From Chrysomallon squamiferum (Eukaryota; Animalia; Mollusca), in contig CM022671.1 of assembly GCA_012295275.1 (NCBI GenBank), positions 372,001 through 436,000 of the forward strand: a stretch of 64,000 bases of DNA. The letters run 5' to 3'. The position numbers and the translations under genes were made by a program. Every line of letters starts with the position of its first letter. The stretch's first letter is position 1. The notes beneath the pieces are model-generated. The model saw nothing but the letters and a program-made list of their open reading frames with translations, searched no databases and had not been told where the DNA came from. Below are positions 13,216 through 29,104 of this stretch, in pieces.

Positions 13216-15054
13216 ATAGTTATTGTTTCTATTTCTTCGTTAAATTAAAGTTTTTGAAAAGAGAGTTTGCTGTCGTTGCCCTTTATTTAATATGATTGTT
13301 GAAAGCAAAGAGTGAAAGAACAAAGAATTAAAACTAAATAGCAGAGTTTAATATCTTTTTTCTGTGATTAACGACTGTTTTATGATGGTGACACAGGATG
13401 TAAGTGAAAGAAAAGTGGCCCTGAAACCTGTGCCTGACGCGCTAGACCAATTAATTACCTTAGCGCCTGCACCCGACACACTTTTTTATTTATTTTTGTT
13501 TCAAGCAGTATGAATATGCATTAGATAAGGGAGATTACTCTATCACTTTTTTCTCTTCCATCATTTAATTAATTTTTTATTTTTATTTTTTCCCCTCGTT
13601 TCAGAAAAATATAAACCTAATATTAATTATCTTTCTTCACTGACGAATCAGCAGAAGTCTCACTTTGTTGTGTATTCTCTCGTTTTTATTTGATATTTTC
13701 TGCTAAAAATGGTAAAGATTCACTTCTGTACGCATTATAATGTACTGGGAAAAGTTGAAAAAAACTGTGGTTGTATGATCAGATTAATTTTTTTTTCTAG
13801 TTTATTGTTTTGCTGATGCAAAAATAGCGTCTTTAAATTGAGTGCATGTATAACGCAACTAGAATTACACTGAAAGGCTAATAAAATTAAAATAACAGTA
13901 ATAATAAAAATATATATATTTGTTTTAATATTCCAAATTAATTGTTTTTGTTGTTGTTGTTTTCTGGTGAGCAAATTTTATATCAAAGAATTGGTCGATT
14001 TTAGCACGCACACTTAAAAAGGTTTCTCACTGCTGTTTTGTAGGCCTTGCTACTTACCTCCCTTGAATTTAAAAAAAAAAAAAAAAAGTTAAAAGGCTGG
14101 ATCTAAAAAGCGGATCTTTCATTAAAAAATTGCCAGTTGTGGTTGTTATTTTTGTTTCTCTTTTAATTCTAACTCAGATTAACGAACTAAATTATTTAAA
14201 CGGTTTGACAGTAAAAATAATAATTACTAATCAGTTAGAAGTATAAATACAACGCAAGTTTTCTATATGACAACTTTATTGTCTTGAACCCTCTTTTAAG
14301 CATAATTAACAGCCGCCATGTTGATATAATGTTAATAATTTATAAAAAAAAAAAAAAAGATAACTTACATAATTATAGCCATCTGGGAGCAGTTACTTGA
14401 ACTGACGATTCTTGGTATAAATTAACTGATGGGATGACAAATAAAGCATAGTGTACTGTAAACGCTATCTCTGCCTTTCGAGCGCGCGCGCTCAGACCTA
14501 CAGGGTTGTGACGTCAGCACTGCATGTTGCTGTATGTTACTGATGATGTATGCGAGGAGCGCGCTAACAACTGGGAACACAAAACGTCGAGTCTCGAAGA
14601 CTGTTTCCGCGCGCGCTTGTAAAAGAAATCCTCTACATCTGCAGGCCGATTTACTGCCTCGAAAACAAAATAAACGTGCTAACACATCAAAAAACACATT
14701 GTCTTTCGCGCTTTGTGCAAGATAAATCACTTAAAAAGCTATCAAGATACCGTTTTGTCGAAAATATATCATGCCAGATGTTGACTTAGGTCACGTTACG
14801 TTACTGAATTGAAAAAAAAAAAAGTTAAAAGAAGTAAAATTCCCGCTGTTCGTGTTGAGTTTAAATTAGCTGTAATATTTTCTCTATGGATGATATACAA
14901 TGTCAGCTTGTACTGTTCAGATATTTACACGTAACAAATTTTTCTTTCTTTCACTGACTTTTCTGACTGATTTTATTTCCGTGTCGGTTTGCACCTCCTT
15001 CACCTTTCACTTTTAGGTGATTGTGTGGGTGTTTGTACCTTTTTCTTCCTTCGC

Positions 15055-15057
<3 letters not shown>

Positions 15058-15126
<69 letters not shown>

Positions 15127-15530
15127 TAGACACATATGCATGCAAACACACACATCACACATATTTACAGACAGACAGGCAGGTAATTTTATAGATAACT
15201 ATGAAGACAGGCTGTTGAGTAGATTGAGTAATACAGACTTGCACTAAACATATTTAAACTACGACGAGAACGTTTTACCTCAGAACGCACAGCACGTTCG
15301 AGTGAGACAATCGAAGTGTATTCTCTCTCCACTCTGCACCTGTCTCGCACCCCGAGGCGAGTTCTGTCGAGGAATCCGCGGTGTGGTGTCAAACAAATAT
15401 GCAAATGGGAAAAACTGATAGTCAGCGGTTTTTTCTGATCCAGATCGCAAGATACCAGAGGCGTACTGACTTATTATTATCAGTTGTTACTCGTGTTTGA
15501 GATCCATTCATTTATTCATTTCTTCAGTTC

Positions 15531-15584
<54 letters not shown>

Positions 15585-15658
15585 AGTAGTAGTAGTAGTA
15601 GTATTGTTATTATCATCATCATTATATATATACCACACCACAATAACTCCTCCTCCTC

Positions 15659-15698
<40 letters not shown>

Positions 15699-16440
15699 CA
15701 TTACTACTACTACTACTACTACCACCATTACTACTACTACTACTACCACTACTGCTGTTACTGTTATACAATTACTTGTATTATTTCTCTTATTGCCACT
15801 GCTAGTTTAACACTGTGGGTTTTGCTAACTCAGTTATTACACGTTCTGCTGCTGCTGTTTGGTCTATTACTTCTTTATTTCTAATTTCTTCTGCTAACGC
15901 CATTATTACTCTAACACCGTCGCTGCTGTTGCTACTGCCAATACCACTGTTACTGCAATTGCTGCTATTATTACTACTACAATTACCAATATTACCAAGT
16001 AGCTACTGCTGCTAGTATGATCATGATTATGATGATGATGATGATGTTGATGATATTACTACTACTGATGATGATGATGTTGATGATATTACTACTACTG
16101 ATGATGATGATGATGTTGATGATATTACTACTACCGATGATGATGATGATGTTGATGATATTACTACTACTGATGATGATGATGATGATATTACTACTAT
16201 TGATGATGATGATGATGATTATGATATTACTACTATTGATGATGATGATTATGATGTTATTGTTACTACTCCTACTACAGCTTTCTTTGTTAAACTTGCG
16301 TAGATGACTTCTTTAAATGTACCAGTACACAAACTGATGGATACACGATTGTGCAGATGTGTGTGAGAGTTCGTGTGTACCTGTGTGCGTGTGTGCGTGT
16401 GTGTGTATGTGTGTGTGCGTGTGTGCGTGTGTGCGAGTAA
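15058..16440. repeat. Cluster of simple repeats: (CT)n, (TTA)n/(TAG)n/(CTA)n, a compound (GAT)n-(TAC)n array and (TG)n
   Basis: (CT)n 15058-15121; trinucleotide tracts about 15532-15760; repeated GATATTACTACTACT(GAT)n units about 16015-16270; TG-rich 16357-16435. Confidence 0.9.
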
Positions 16441-17659
16441 ATATATGTATATAGATGGTTGTATGTATAATACAATTATGTATTCTTCAGTGATGCAGAA
16501 ACAATTAGTTAGTTTCAGCGTCCACGGTGTTGTTATTTCATGTATTTCGGTTACTTGTATCAGTGCTCGACACGTAAACACAGTATCTTTGTAACATAAA
16601 GCAATTCGTTATTATTTACATACAGAACAGATGTCTGTTGTTACGTTTTCTCTCTACGTCATCAGATCGTCTGCTTTTCACCCTTTTTTTTTTCCAGCCG
16701 CCAATAGAATTATTTATAGGGTTTAGTCATATTATTTTTCTATGAATACAGAAATAATTCTTCTCTTCTTTTTTTTTTTTTTTTTTTTTCCCTCCCCTCT
16801 TGGACAGAAGTAACGTAAAGGTTGGGTTCATGTGTGAGTTGCTTTCTAATAGAATCATGTTGAAATTATTCATATATAAAATGAACACAGAAGTTATGTT
16901 TTCAAGACTGAGTCTGGTGTCGCATGCCGGTAGCATATCTTACACGAGTCCACTGTTGATAAGTAAGATTACTGCACTCTCTGTTCTCTCTAACACTAAA
17001 ATTACAGCTTCCCAGGTTGTACGCATGTTTGAATATTCTTTAGAAAGCAGGTTTAAAATAATTATCTGTATCCATGTATCTGTCTGTTGTTTCTCTCTTC
17101 CTATCTCTGTCATTCTTTTTCTTCCTTCTTCTTTGTCGTTCTACCTCTCTACTACTCCATCTCTCTTTCCATATATTTCTACCTCTCTCTCCGTCTATCT
17201 ATCTGTGTAGTCCACTAATAATCGTTCTCTCTCTGTTTCTTTGTTGTTGTTGTTTTGTTTTGTTTTTTTCTTACTTTCAAACAATAATCCTTAACCCAAA
17301 TCATTTCTCGGAATGTCCTAATTCACTTAACAGAACCGACACGTGACTTCTTTTTGCCGCTACAGACAGAAGACAGACAGACGTCTGTCTCAGGACTGGT
17401 GGTCAGTGAAAATGGCAAGAAAAGGTTTTTCCCAGAACCGCTGCTCTTCTGGGATGTGTAAGCGGAAATGCCCAGCGCTGTGTTTTGGAACTAACTGCTT
17501 GCGTCTGTTTCGCTCTGGATTTTCATAACCAGAGTCAGCCTCGTGACCACAGAATAAAAGCAACATCTGCATGAAGTGTAAAATTAACCAAAATGTTTCC
17601 TGTTTTATGTGCGTCTGTCTGGCGAGACGTAATCAAGATGTGTTGATTTATTACTACCA

Positions 17660-17975
<316 letters not shown>

Positions 17976-19593
17976 TCCGCTATAATATACGTCTCGGTTT
18001 GTCAAATTACAATTACAACCCTGTGATGACAAAGAGAAAAATAACTGATATGACATACATCCTCAAACCTTCTAGAAAGAACTCAGGCAAGTGTTCGTAC
18101 CAGTAAGAATCTCACCAGCATACGTCCACGATGATTCATAAGTCACGCAGTACTAGTTTCTAACGTGTATATTGGTGCATTGCTTTGTTTGTTTACAACA
18201 AGTAGATGTAAGATCTTTGAACCTAATGAATTCCAAATGACGTTAATACACGACTGGGTAATTCTAGACACACACAAAAAATATGAACAGTAGCAAGCCG
18301 GGATTCTGCAAATTACTAACACAAGAAAGAGAATAAAACTGATCTCTTTGACTCTAAATACAAGGCGCTAACAAGCAACTACAAGAAAAGATCTTAATTG
18401 CTTTCTCGAACTGCATTTAATAAATAAACCACGAGCGAAAGAGAAACGTAAACGACAGAGGAAAAAAAAAGAGTCGAGAGAATCGACTGTATCAAAACAA
18501 AGGTGAAAGACATTATCTCTTTACAACGCCAACATTATCAGTTTACAACGCCATCATTATCAATTTACAACACCAACATGGACGCCTCATGTCCAACAGT
18601 TGCGTTGTATTGAATCGTCAGAGTTCAAATCTGCTACACAGTGGACGAGAGGCGTGCTAGTAATCACTCGCGCTATTTGTTTGCTCACCAGAGATCGCAA
18701 GTGATTACGAGTGTAGCGAAACACGTGGCTGTGATCACAGGTGGGCAGTAGACACTCTTAGGCTGTAGACATTCTTAGGCTGTAGACACTCTTAGGCCGG
18801 AAAAAACAAAAATGAGTTAATTCATAGGTCATGATAGACATGGGGATCGGGGTAATCAAGATGAAAATGATGATGGTGATGATGATGATGATGATGATAA
18901 TGATGTTGAGATAATTATGATGATGATGATAGTAGTAGTGAAAATACTTATACAGACGAAGACAGCGTCAGTGGCAGATGATTATCATGATCACAATGAT
19001 TACGACGAGGATGACATGAGATGATGATGATCACGACTAACATTATAAAGAAGATCATTTTGGGATGTTGTCGATGATAACGATGATATTTATAATGATG
19101 AACATAACGACTAACATTATGATGATAAAGGATCACTGACAATGATGATGATGATTTTTATCAAAATATGATAACGCCGATGTGGATGTTGCTGTGATGA
19201 TGGTGGACCACAGAGGCACTGATGCTGTGGTTGTTTCGTCTGACGTGCGCACGTTGAATCGTTCAAACAGAACTGCAGCAGCAAAGTGTCTGGATAAACA
19301 ACGTAACGCGTTTTGTTATTTTACAAACACTTTTCTAGCATTCAAGACACCTCAGCAAAATAAATGAATAACGTCTCAGCATTTCTCTGTTTAGATAGGT
19401 GTTTGTGCATGAGTGGTCTGCTTCCAGCATGTATGATGTCTCAGTCGTTGTGTGTGTATAGCAGAGGTAAAGTTATAGACACAGATTACACCATACGCTT
19501 ATGTAATTGTGCATGAGTATGAGTATCTGTTCGCGTATTTTTATGTGTATGTTATTGTTATTGTTATGTATATGTGTATGTGTATTTACTTGT

Positions 19594-19628
<35 letters not shown>

Positions 19629-20218
19629 TGTACAAATGTCTAAATAAATGTATATAATATTATTTTTTATTTGTGTTTACTTTTTCTTTTTGTTTCAACT
19701 GTACTACAATACCTAATAAAGTGAATGGAAACAGAAGCATGAAATAGCCTATATATCAGTATTAGTATTATGCAACTATTTATATTTAATTTTCATCAAA
19801 TGTTGGTGATCTATGACAAAATAAAGAATCAATATGTTATTCGTAAGTTATTTTTCAGAAAAGTCCTCGGCGGAAATATCAGATGAAGTAGACTTTATGT
19901 ACTCAGTGTAAATACTTTATTGTTATTAAAGGCTGGTGACAAGTTACCAATAACTTGCATTCGTATGCAGTGTGTTATTTATACTGGATGAGTTATTTTA
20001 AGAAACGTCATTACTGGAAGAATCCTGTTAGCGGAGAGAAAGGTTGGCAACAACATGACGCAGATACATCAAACTGAACGCGGCTCCATCAACTGAGGTG
20101 ATCAGCTTGTGTTTTCATGGACGTCATTCGTGTTTATTTTAGCGTGCTGCTAAGACAGGTCTATCTGGCCACATGCTGTTTATGAATCAATTTGAAATTT
20201 GTCTGTGTGTGTGTGAGT

Positions 20219-20237
20219 GAACGATGGAGAGCGTACG

Positions 20238-20288
<51 letters not shown>

Positions 20289-20435
20289 CGATGGAGAGCG
20301 TACGATGTGTGTGTGTGTGTGTGTGAACTATGGAGAGCGTACGATGTGTGTGTGTGTGTGTGTGAGTGAGTGAGTGAGTGAACGATAGAGAGCGTACGAT
20401 GTGTGTGTGTGTGAGTGTGAGTTTGTGTGTGTGCG
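20219..20435. repeat. Four copies of 21-bp GAACGATGGAGAGCGTACGAT separated by variable (TG)n tracts
   Basis: Copies start at 20219, 20286, 20325 and 20380; copies 3 and 4 each have one mismatch. Confidence 0.92.
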
Positions 20436-21494
20436 TGTATATGTTTATATATAAATTCGTGAGAAGCAGCCCGAAATATATTCGAAAGTGAATTAAAAGT
20501 TCAAGAAGATGAAATACGTTTTGGCATAATGTCTAAATTCGCTGAACAGCAGCTACTAAAGTCTATTCCTGAATTATTATATTAATACAATAGCACAATT
20601 TTTTTTTTGAACTCTTGTAGTGAAAATTCGGTCAATTTATAACTCGCTACTAAGCACTAACAATAACATAATCAGGATTAGGTAACTTTGTCTGATGGAG
20701 TGAGTGAAGATACCACCCCGTTAGTTAATTAAAATGATATTCAACAAAGCTTTTTACTTCTCTTTTTTTTTTTCGATTCTTCATATTAGTATCAGACAAG
20801 TAAGTATCTTTCAGTTTTAGAATTCGATCGAAAACTAATTTTAACTTATCTTCATCACTGATACTATAACAATTAATAATACTTTTTTTTCCCCTATTTT
20901 TTCTGTTTTGATTATTTTTGTCTGCTAAAGATTTCCATTCAGGATGAGATAACTCTAGAGATACGATCTCTTTAGTTCATTACAGTGACCTTCAAGAAAA
21001 GTTGTTATTTTGGGGCGTTTTTCGTTCATTTCGTTCTTTTTTTTTTTTTTACTTTCGATTGTTTCTTTCTTTCGTTTTTTGATTTTTTTTTTCTTCCCTT
21101 CTTTTACTTTTTTTTTTATATCTTTACTTGATAACTCTATTTCTTCCTTTCTCTTTTCTTTTCTCTCTCTTTCGTTTTGCACCTTTCACAACACTCTTGC
21201 ACACCTGTTGTTATCAGAGTTTCGTTCTGAGTGTAAAGCCACGTGTCTCACTGTATGTTTGCAGTTTTTAATCTTGTGCGAAGATCAGGCAGAGGAAACC
21301 GCTCGCCGTTTGTCAGAACCGAGGACACAAATGTTCAAACTCTTGTAGCGAAAAGTCTTAAACACTTTGAGAAAACCTGAACGCTGTTTGCATTGTCTGG
21401 TATGGAACACAGGCATTGCAAGATACAAAAAATTATGAATAGATTTTAAAATTGGATAAATCTGAATGTTATGTTTTAATCTAAACATAATTTT

Positions 21495-21548
<54 letters not shown>

Positions 21549-24096
21549 TTATTTATTTATTAAAATATACGAACATCACCTAAATACTGATTACGTGCTG
21601 GCAGATTTCCACAATTCTGAACTCTACATCAACGTTTTGAAAAATAAAGATGTCAAACGCCAGTTTTGAAATTTTAAATTAAGTGAACATAGACAGAAAA
21701 GAATCTTAATACCCAGGAAGTTTTATTTGGGTTAACTAATCAGGAATACGTTTAATATAAAGACTTCCTTAACAAACAAAAAGAAAGCTTTAACCAGGAA
21801 CTTAAGTGATGTTTCTGTTCGGTAAAGTACAGCACTTTGACATCAAAGGATCTGCCTCCTATATCAGCAGATCTGCTTTCCAAACATTAACTAACCAATA
21901 TGAACGATATTTCTTAGTTATTGCCTCAAACACACTTAACCAAATTTCTACGTTTTTTTATTGACGCTACACACTTGTTCCAAAGCAGATGTAACTCTAA
22001 ATACAGTGCGCCGTCTGGCGGGGAACAGATCCTTGTGTTTTTCTTTCCAGTTAAAACAGCAAGTCTACATTCTATGCATAATAAGATGTCAGGGATGTGC
22101 GCGCTACAACTGATGGCAGAATAAACTACGTTTCTTTCAGATAACCTGTCTGAATACAGCTCGACTGTCATTAAGTAAATTTATTACAGGACGTGATTTT
22201 CACATTTTACATCCCGTAGCGGAATGAACCTCATTCCCAATATGGTATCGTCCGGTAATGAAATATGACGTGATACTTAAACGGGACGTCCTGTTTTCAT
22301 TCATAAAATTCTGCGATGTTTTCTAACTGAAGTCTCCAGAAAATATTCTTACTTAAATAAAGATTACTATATTTTTTTTTTTCTTATTAAATATAAATGT
22401 ATGCATTGTGTACTAAGGCTGTCATGGTGGAATATGTTTTAATTTTTTTGGAGTAAGTCACTGATTAACCGTTCTTTCTGTCACTGTTCACGAGTTTTGG
22501 TGTGGAATTTTTCCCGGTAGGTAATTCCATCTACTATCACAGGCTTTGATAAAATATCACAAATCTCTGAAACAAAACCTGTGTAAAAGTTTATTTAATG
22601 TTTTTCTCATACGGTGACTCTATGATTTGTGCTCGCAAACTATTATATTATCTCGACAGTGTAAACACTGCCCCAAACTGACTTCTCAAACAATTGTCCA
22701 GTGTTTTTCTCTAATAGCTACCATCCAGATACAACTAGTAATATTAGTATTTTTTCTCTGATCTACTCTTTTTTTAAACTTGGCAGGGAGTGAGTGAGAT
22801 AATCGAAGTTACTGTGTCACGTGCCAAGGTACAACGTGTTTCCGCTTGAAGCAGACGTCTCACTGATCTGTCGTCCGGGTTTTGTAAAACAGAACAGTTA
22901 AGATAGATTATCTTTTTTCCCAACAGTCTAAATTTATTCATACAATAACAAATAGCACTGAATAATAAATAAACAAAATTACAATTATTCTTGCTCGTTT
23001 TCTTGTAATTCGCTTCGACAAGTTGGTTAGTGAGAAAGGCGTTTTAGTAAGACTATTGGTGACTATTGGTTAAAACAAATAATCTTTGATATTTCGTAAG
23101 GTTTAAGACTGATAAAGTTGTAAGATGTTAGCATGCACAATGAGTACCGATCCTGCTGTTATGAAACTAGAATGAATGTTTAAAACCACACCTTCGATAT
23201 TCGGGTATAGAGGAGCAGAGTCTAGCGAGAAGAATTAATCACGTGACCAAACGCGGTTCTTTCAGCTAATATCGTCTGCCAATACGTTTTCGTCTGCCTT
23301 ATCTCAAAGACAGCAGAAACCCGATACGATCGGATCTGTTACCGGTGACGTATCCGTTAGCCTACTAACATCGTGTTATTTGCCCAATAACCACAATTAA
23401 TTAGAAGAAACAGTTGGCCACGTAAGTAATGCGAAATGCGTGCGTACTGTTAAGCAATTATTTCCACGGCATCGTCAGTTATCGCGTTGTATAAGGAAAA
23501 GTCGAAGGGTTCGAACAAGCCGAGACATGTGCGCGTGAACGTAATTACAGTCAATAATTACTTCGCATTGGCAGCAGCAACCACTTCAGTAAAACCTGGT
23601 GATTCACAACCATTTTTAAAAGGTTCAAACAAAGGCCACGATTTTGCCAGTTAACATGAAACAGATATTTTCGTAACCCGTTTGATTAGGTTGTTGTGGA
23701 GGGCAATTATGACTCTTTGCTTCAAATTAGCGATTAAAAATAAGCAAATAGATTTTTTTTTTTTTTTTTTGTGGTTTTCAGTGTGTCAAAAAATTGGTCT
23801 AAATGCTAATTGGTGGTTTGTTCCAGTAAAAGAATAATTCTGAGAGACTTTAGGGTTTTTTATTATTATTTGTGTGCATTACGGTTTTGACCTCATTTTA
23901 GAAGTACGAATCTATGTCTACAATTTGCATTTCAACTTCGTTATGTTTTTTAAAAAGACGAAGAGTTCAGAATTATGACTTTCTGCCAACAGTTAATCTG
24001 TTAATCTGTTAGTAGGTTAGTAGAAAATGATAACTTTATTTTTCATAATCATGCTTCTTTTAAATGTACGTGGATAAAGCTTTGAACTTTTCTCAC

Positions 24097-24928
<832 letters not shown>

Positions 24929-25954
24929 CTTCCACTGAAGCCGGATATAAACCCACTTTGTTTAGATTGGAATCATATTCCTGCCTGCCATTTTGCCGCC
25001 TGTCATTCGCTCACAACTGTAACTGTATGTGGGACGCTGTGTGTCTATAAATAACAGCAGACAGCGCTGTTCCAACACCTGCCTCTTTGCATTCCTCCCT
25101 CTCCATCCTGGCCGACTACAAATTAGTACGTGGCAACACATGGCTGCGTTATTTCCATATCGCTAAACCGAACTAATTTTTCATCAAAAAGCCTGCCTTT
25201 CATTTTTAACTGTTTCTGTTTGCGGTATGCTTTACAATTTATTAACATATTTTTCTGATTTAATGGAAACACAAACGTGAAAATTCTGTTTTACAGGTGG
25301 GCAGGCTTGACTGAATTTTGTTCTTCTTCTTATTCATTTTGTTTTGTTTCGCCCTGTTAATTTGCATACAAAGTAGATGGCCGTGTAGTGAAGTTTTTCG
25401 GTCACGTAACCAGTTACTTGTTACATGTAACTCGTGTAACTTGTATAATTAGCCTCCGCAGTGTAGTAGCTAACCCGTCAGGCTTTTGGTTGTTACGGAT
25501 GTAACAGGAATTCTGGGATTGCAGGTAACAACTGTGAAACAGTTGAAAAAGTAAGACCTTTACTGGCCGAGACTATTGTCTAATATATCAACACACTAAC
25601 TGAACACTTCTCGTTTATTATCAACAATACAGATAAATCAAGTCTTAATGATACGTGTGACACAAAATCCTATAGTTTTAAATATCTGTATATGTTTCTT
25701 TTTATTTATCTGTTAAAAATAAACACCAGAGACATCATCATCATTATTATCATTACTGTTACTACTACTACTACTACTACTATCATCATCATTACCATTA
25801 TTATTACTAATATTAGTATCATTATCATCAACATCATTATTATCATCATCATCATTACTGTTATTATTATCACAACTGTATCATTATCATCAATATCGTC
25901 ATTATTTTCATTACTATTATTATTATCATCATCATTATTACTGTTGTTGTTGTA

Positions 25955-25990
<36 letters not shown>

Positions 25991-26985
25991 TTACCTGGTG
26001 TGCAGGAAACCATTGTTTGCGTATTACACAGTTCTAGATTTTCCTCTCCTAACCTGTAATGGGTGTTAGTCGGATCAAACGAATTCAGTGTTTACGAGTT
26101 CCTGACATTTCCTTGTGGAAAATACTCTTAGCGACATCTGCGGCGATGTTGGCCTCCTTTTAACTACATCTGCTGCGTGCATGACGTGTACGACTCGATG
26201 AATGTAACAATGTCTGAGTCGTAGACGTTGGTATGTTTTTCTTCCTCCATTCATAAAATAGCTGCGTCGTTGTAATCTGTTACTTGGACCGCACGGATCT
26301 GTGTCAGGTTTGATTGAAAAAAACTGGGTTTTTTAAATTTTAAATTTTGATATCGAAATTTTAAACAAAAATCTGGGTGATTAAAAATTATAAATTAAAA
26401 ATAAATATTAAACAAATGTTTTAGTAACAGGATAATAAACCATTGTTAATATATTTAGTTTCATAGAAAAGAATGAAAAGTTATAATTTTCATGTTATGT
26501 GATAAACGTGTTTATATGTATTTGTGTATGTATGTATGTTTGTCTGTTTGTGAGTGCTTGTGTGAATGTGTTTGATGTAATGTATTAGATGGCGTTATAC
26601 ATATATGTTAAGCGATATTACATTTTGTATCATAAAATAATGTTATGAAGTGATGATATATGGCATAATATGTTCAGTTTCATGATTAAAAATGGTAAAC
26701 AAAATGGACAACGAAATATAAATGTAAAATGGTATGTGATATGTAGAGGGTTTTTTATGTATAAATATGTATTAATCGGATGCAAATTTCTTTCTTTTAA
26801 ATAAGGTTTGATAATCTTAAATCACAATTATCGCTGAGATCGGTTTACTAAGAAGACGAATAGTTATAACTAAACAGATACATCGTCTGAATTTGCTTTT
26901 ATCAACTTAAATTCTACTGAAAGGTGCAAATAAATGATGGCTTGCAAATAACTGGAAACGAGCAGCAGCAGATGTTCTCCGAGTT

Positions 26986-27502
26986 GTGTTTAAACTGAGA
27001 ATTACGCCACATAACGCGTTGTTTTTAAACTGAGAATTACGCCACATAACGCGTTGTTTTTAAACAGAATTACGCCACATAACGCGCTGTTTTTAAAGTG
27101 AGAATTACGCCACATAACGCGTTGTTTTTAAAGTTTAAAACGCGTTGTTTTAAAGTGAGAATTACGCCGCATAACGCGTTATTTTTAAAGTGAGAATTAC
27201 GCCGCATAACGAGTTGTTTTTAAACAGAATTACGCCACATAACGCGTTGTTTTTAAAGTGAGAATTACGCCACATAACGCGTTGTTTTTAAAGTGAGAAT
27301 TACGCCACATAACGCGTTGTTTTTTACGTTGTTTTAAAGTTTTACGTTCACAAACGCGTTGTTTTTAAAGTGAGAATTACGTTCACATAACGCGTTGTTT
27401 TTAAACTGAGAATTACGCCACATAACGCGTTGTTTTTAAACTGAGAATTACGCCACATAACGCGTTTTTTAAAGTTGAATTACGCCACATAACGCGTTGT
27501 TA
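26986..27502. repeat. 35-bp CpG-containing minisatellite, about 14 copies (GAGAATTACGCCACATAACGCGTTGTTTTTAAAST)
   Basis: Period 35 measured from 27001 to 27036; some truncated or scrambled units at about 27130 and 27325-27360. Confidence 0.95.
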
Positions 27503-28884
27503 AATATTTATCTCTTTCTTTTCTTCACGTTCTGGTGTAAGAACGTCAACCGGTGACGTCATCTAGGTTTAGTCTCTAGTGGCATCTGACATGTAATGGA
27601 AAGAGTAAGTTTTAATTTGTTTTCATTTCCAAAGCACCAGTAAGATTTGTTCTTTTAATTATTTGTGTACATGCGTAAGCAAAATGAAAGATTATTACAG
27701 ACGCCCTATAACGTCTGGCAGGTATTTCCTGCGGAAGTGACGTATGTACTATCTGTCTCGTCTTCAGTTGGGATCATTAAACAGTTTATTAGCGAGTTCC
27801 ACTTTGCTTCCTTCTCCTTTTTCTTCTGTTTTATCATTTTATTATAGGTTTGCTTCATGAAACAATGGCTCCCATATGTTTTCCAAAACTGCCACAGCGC
27901 TCTAATGAATGCCAGTGTTATTACTGCAGTCTATTCTGTGCTGTTTGACATGTCGATGGATATCCCAGTGCAGATACTCAACAACGCAGGTTCGACTGCT
28001 GACACAGAAGGGCGTGTGTTTTTGTTCCTTACGAACAAATAATCGTGACTCGCGCTTTCAGTATTGTACAAGCTTTACGCCAACGAGGATCAGAGAAGTG
28101 CTGTGAAAATTTATTGAATCACGATAAAGATAAGATGGTGTTATTTTTATTAGCAAATGCTGGGTTGATGTAATCAGTAACGGCGTATAAATACACAATT
28201 TCCAGATCTTACGTTAAACAGAATCTGCACTTTATTATAAAATAGTTCCTTTTTTTTCTTCATTATTTTCTTTGTGTTCAGGGATGTAACATCAGTGAAA
28301 CCTGTTCAGCGAGTGCACGGGCGGATCAAACAAAGTGATTCCTGCACTGTAGTAAATAATGTTCAATACATTTGTGGATTAACATTTTATTATGCGTCAT
28401 ATAAAATATATATTTAACTATCACTTTCAAAATAAATATATTAAAACCCGAATTTTATAAAACACTTCTATTTATTATTATTGTTATTGTTGTCTCTTTT
28501 TTTCTTCTTTTTATATACCCACAGATACATATACATACGTACGTACGTACATACACACATACATACACACATGCATATATACATACATACATATATAAAC
28601 GTATTTACGCAAACGTACAGGAACACACACAAACAATCCCATACATATAAACATATATCTGCAAAAATATAGGTAAACCAAGAATATATCTGGTGTTAAT
28701 GAATATTTAATGTGTTGAGTTATATATGTTCAGTTATATATGTTCATGTTAATACCAGCCTACAAATGATTTGTTGGGGGTTTTCTCCAAAAGTATTAAA
28801 GCCGGCTCTAAACTACGCAATAGGCATTTAATTTGTTGAAAGCTGGAATCAATTTTTACTGCTATTACTATATATTTATTTATT

Positions 28885-29072
28885 TATGTATGTATTTATG
28901 ATTGTATGTATGTATGTATGTATGTATGTATGTATGTATGTATGTATGTATTTATTTATTTTTGTATGTATGAATGTATGTATGTATGTATGTATGAATG
29001 TATGTATGAATGTATGTATGTATGTATGTATGTATGTATGTATGTGTGAATGTATGTATGTATGTATGTATG

Positions 29073-29104
<32 letters not shown>

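Noticed and set aside
18510-18796. Small local tandem triplications (about 22-bp and 17-bp units) and the about 110-bp duplication near 60700-60900
   Set aside because: Ordinary slippage duplications with no further structure.
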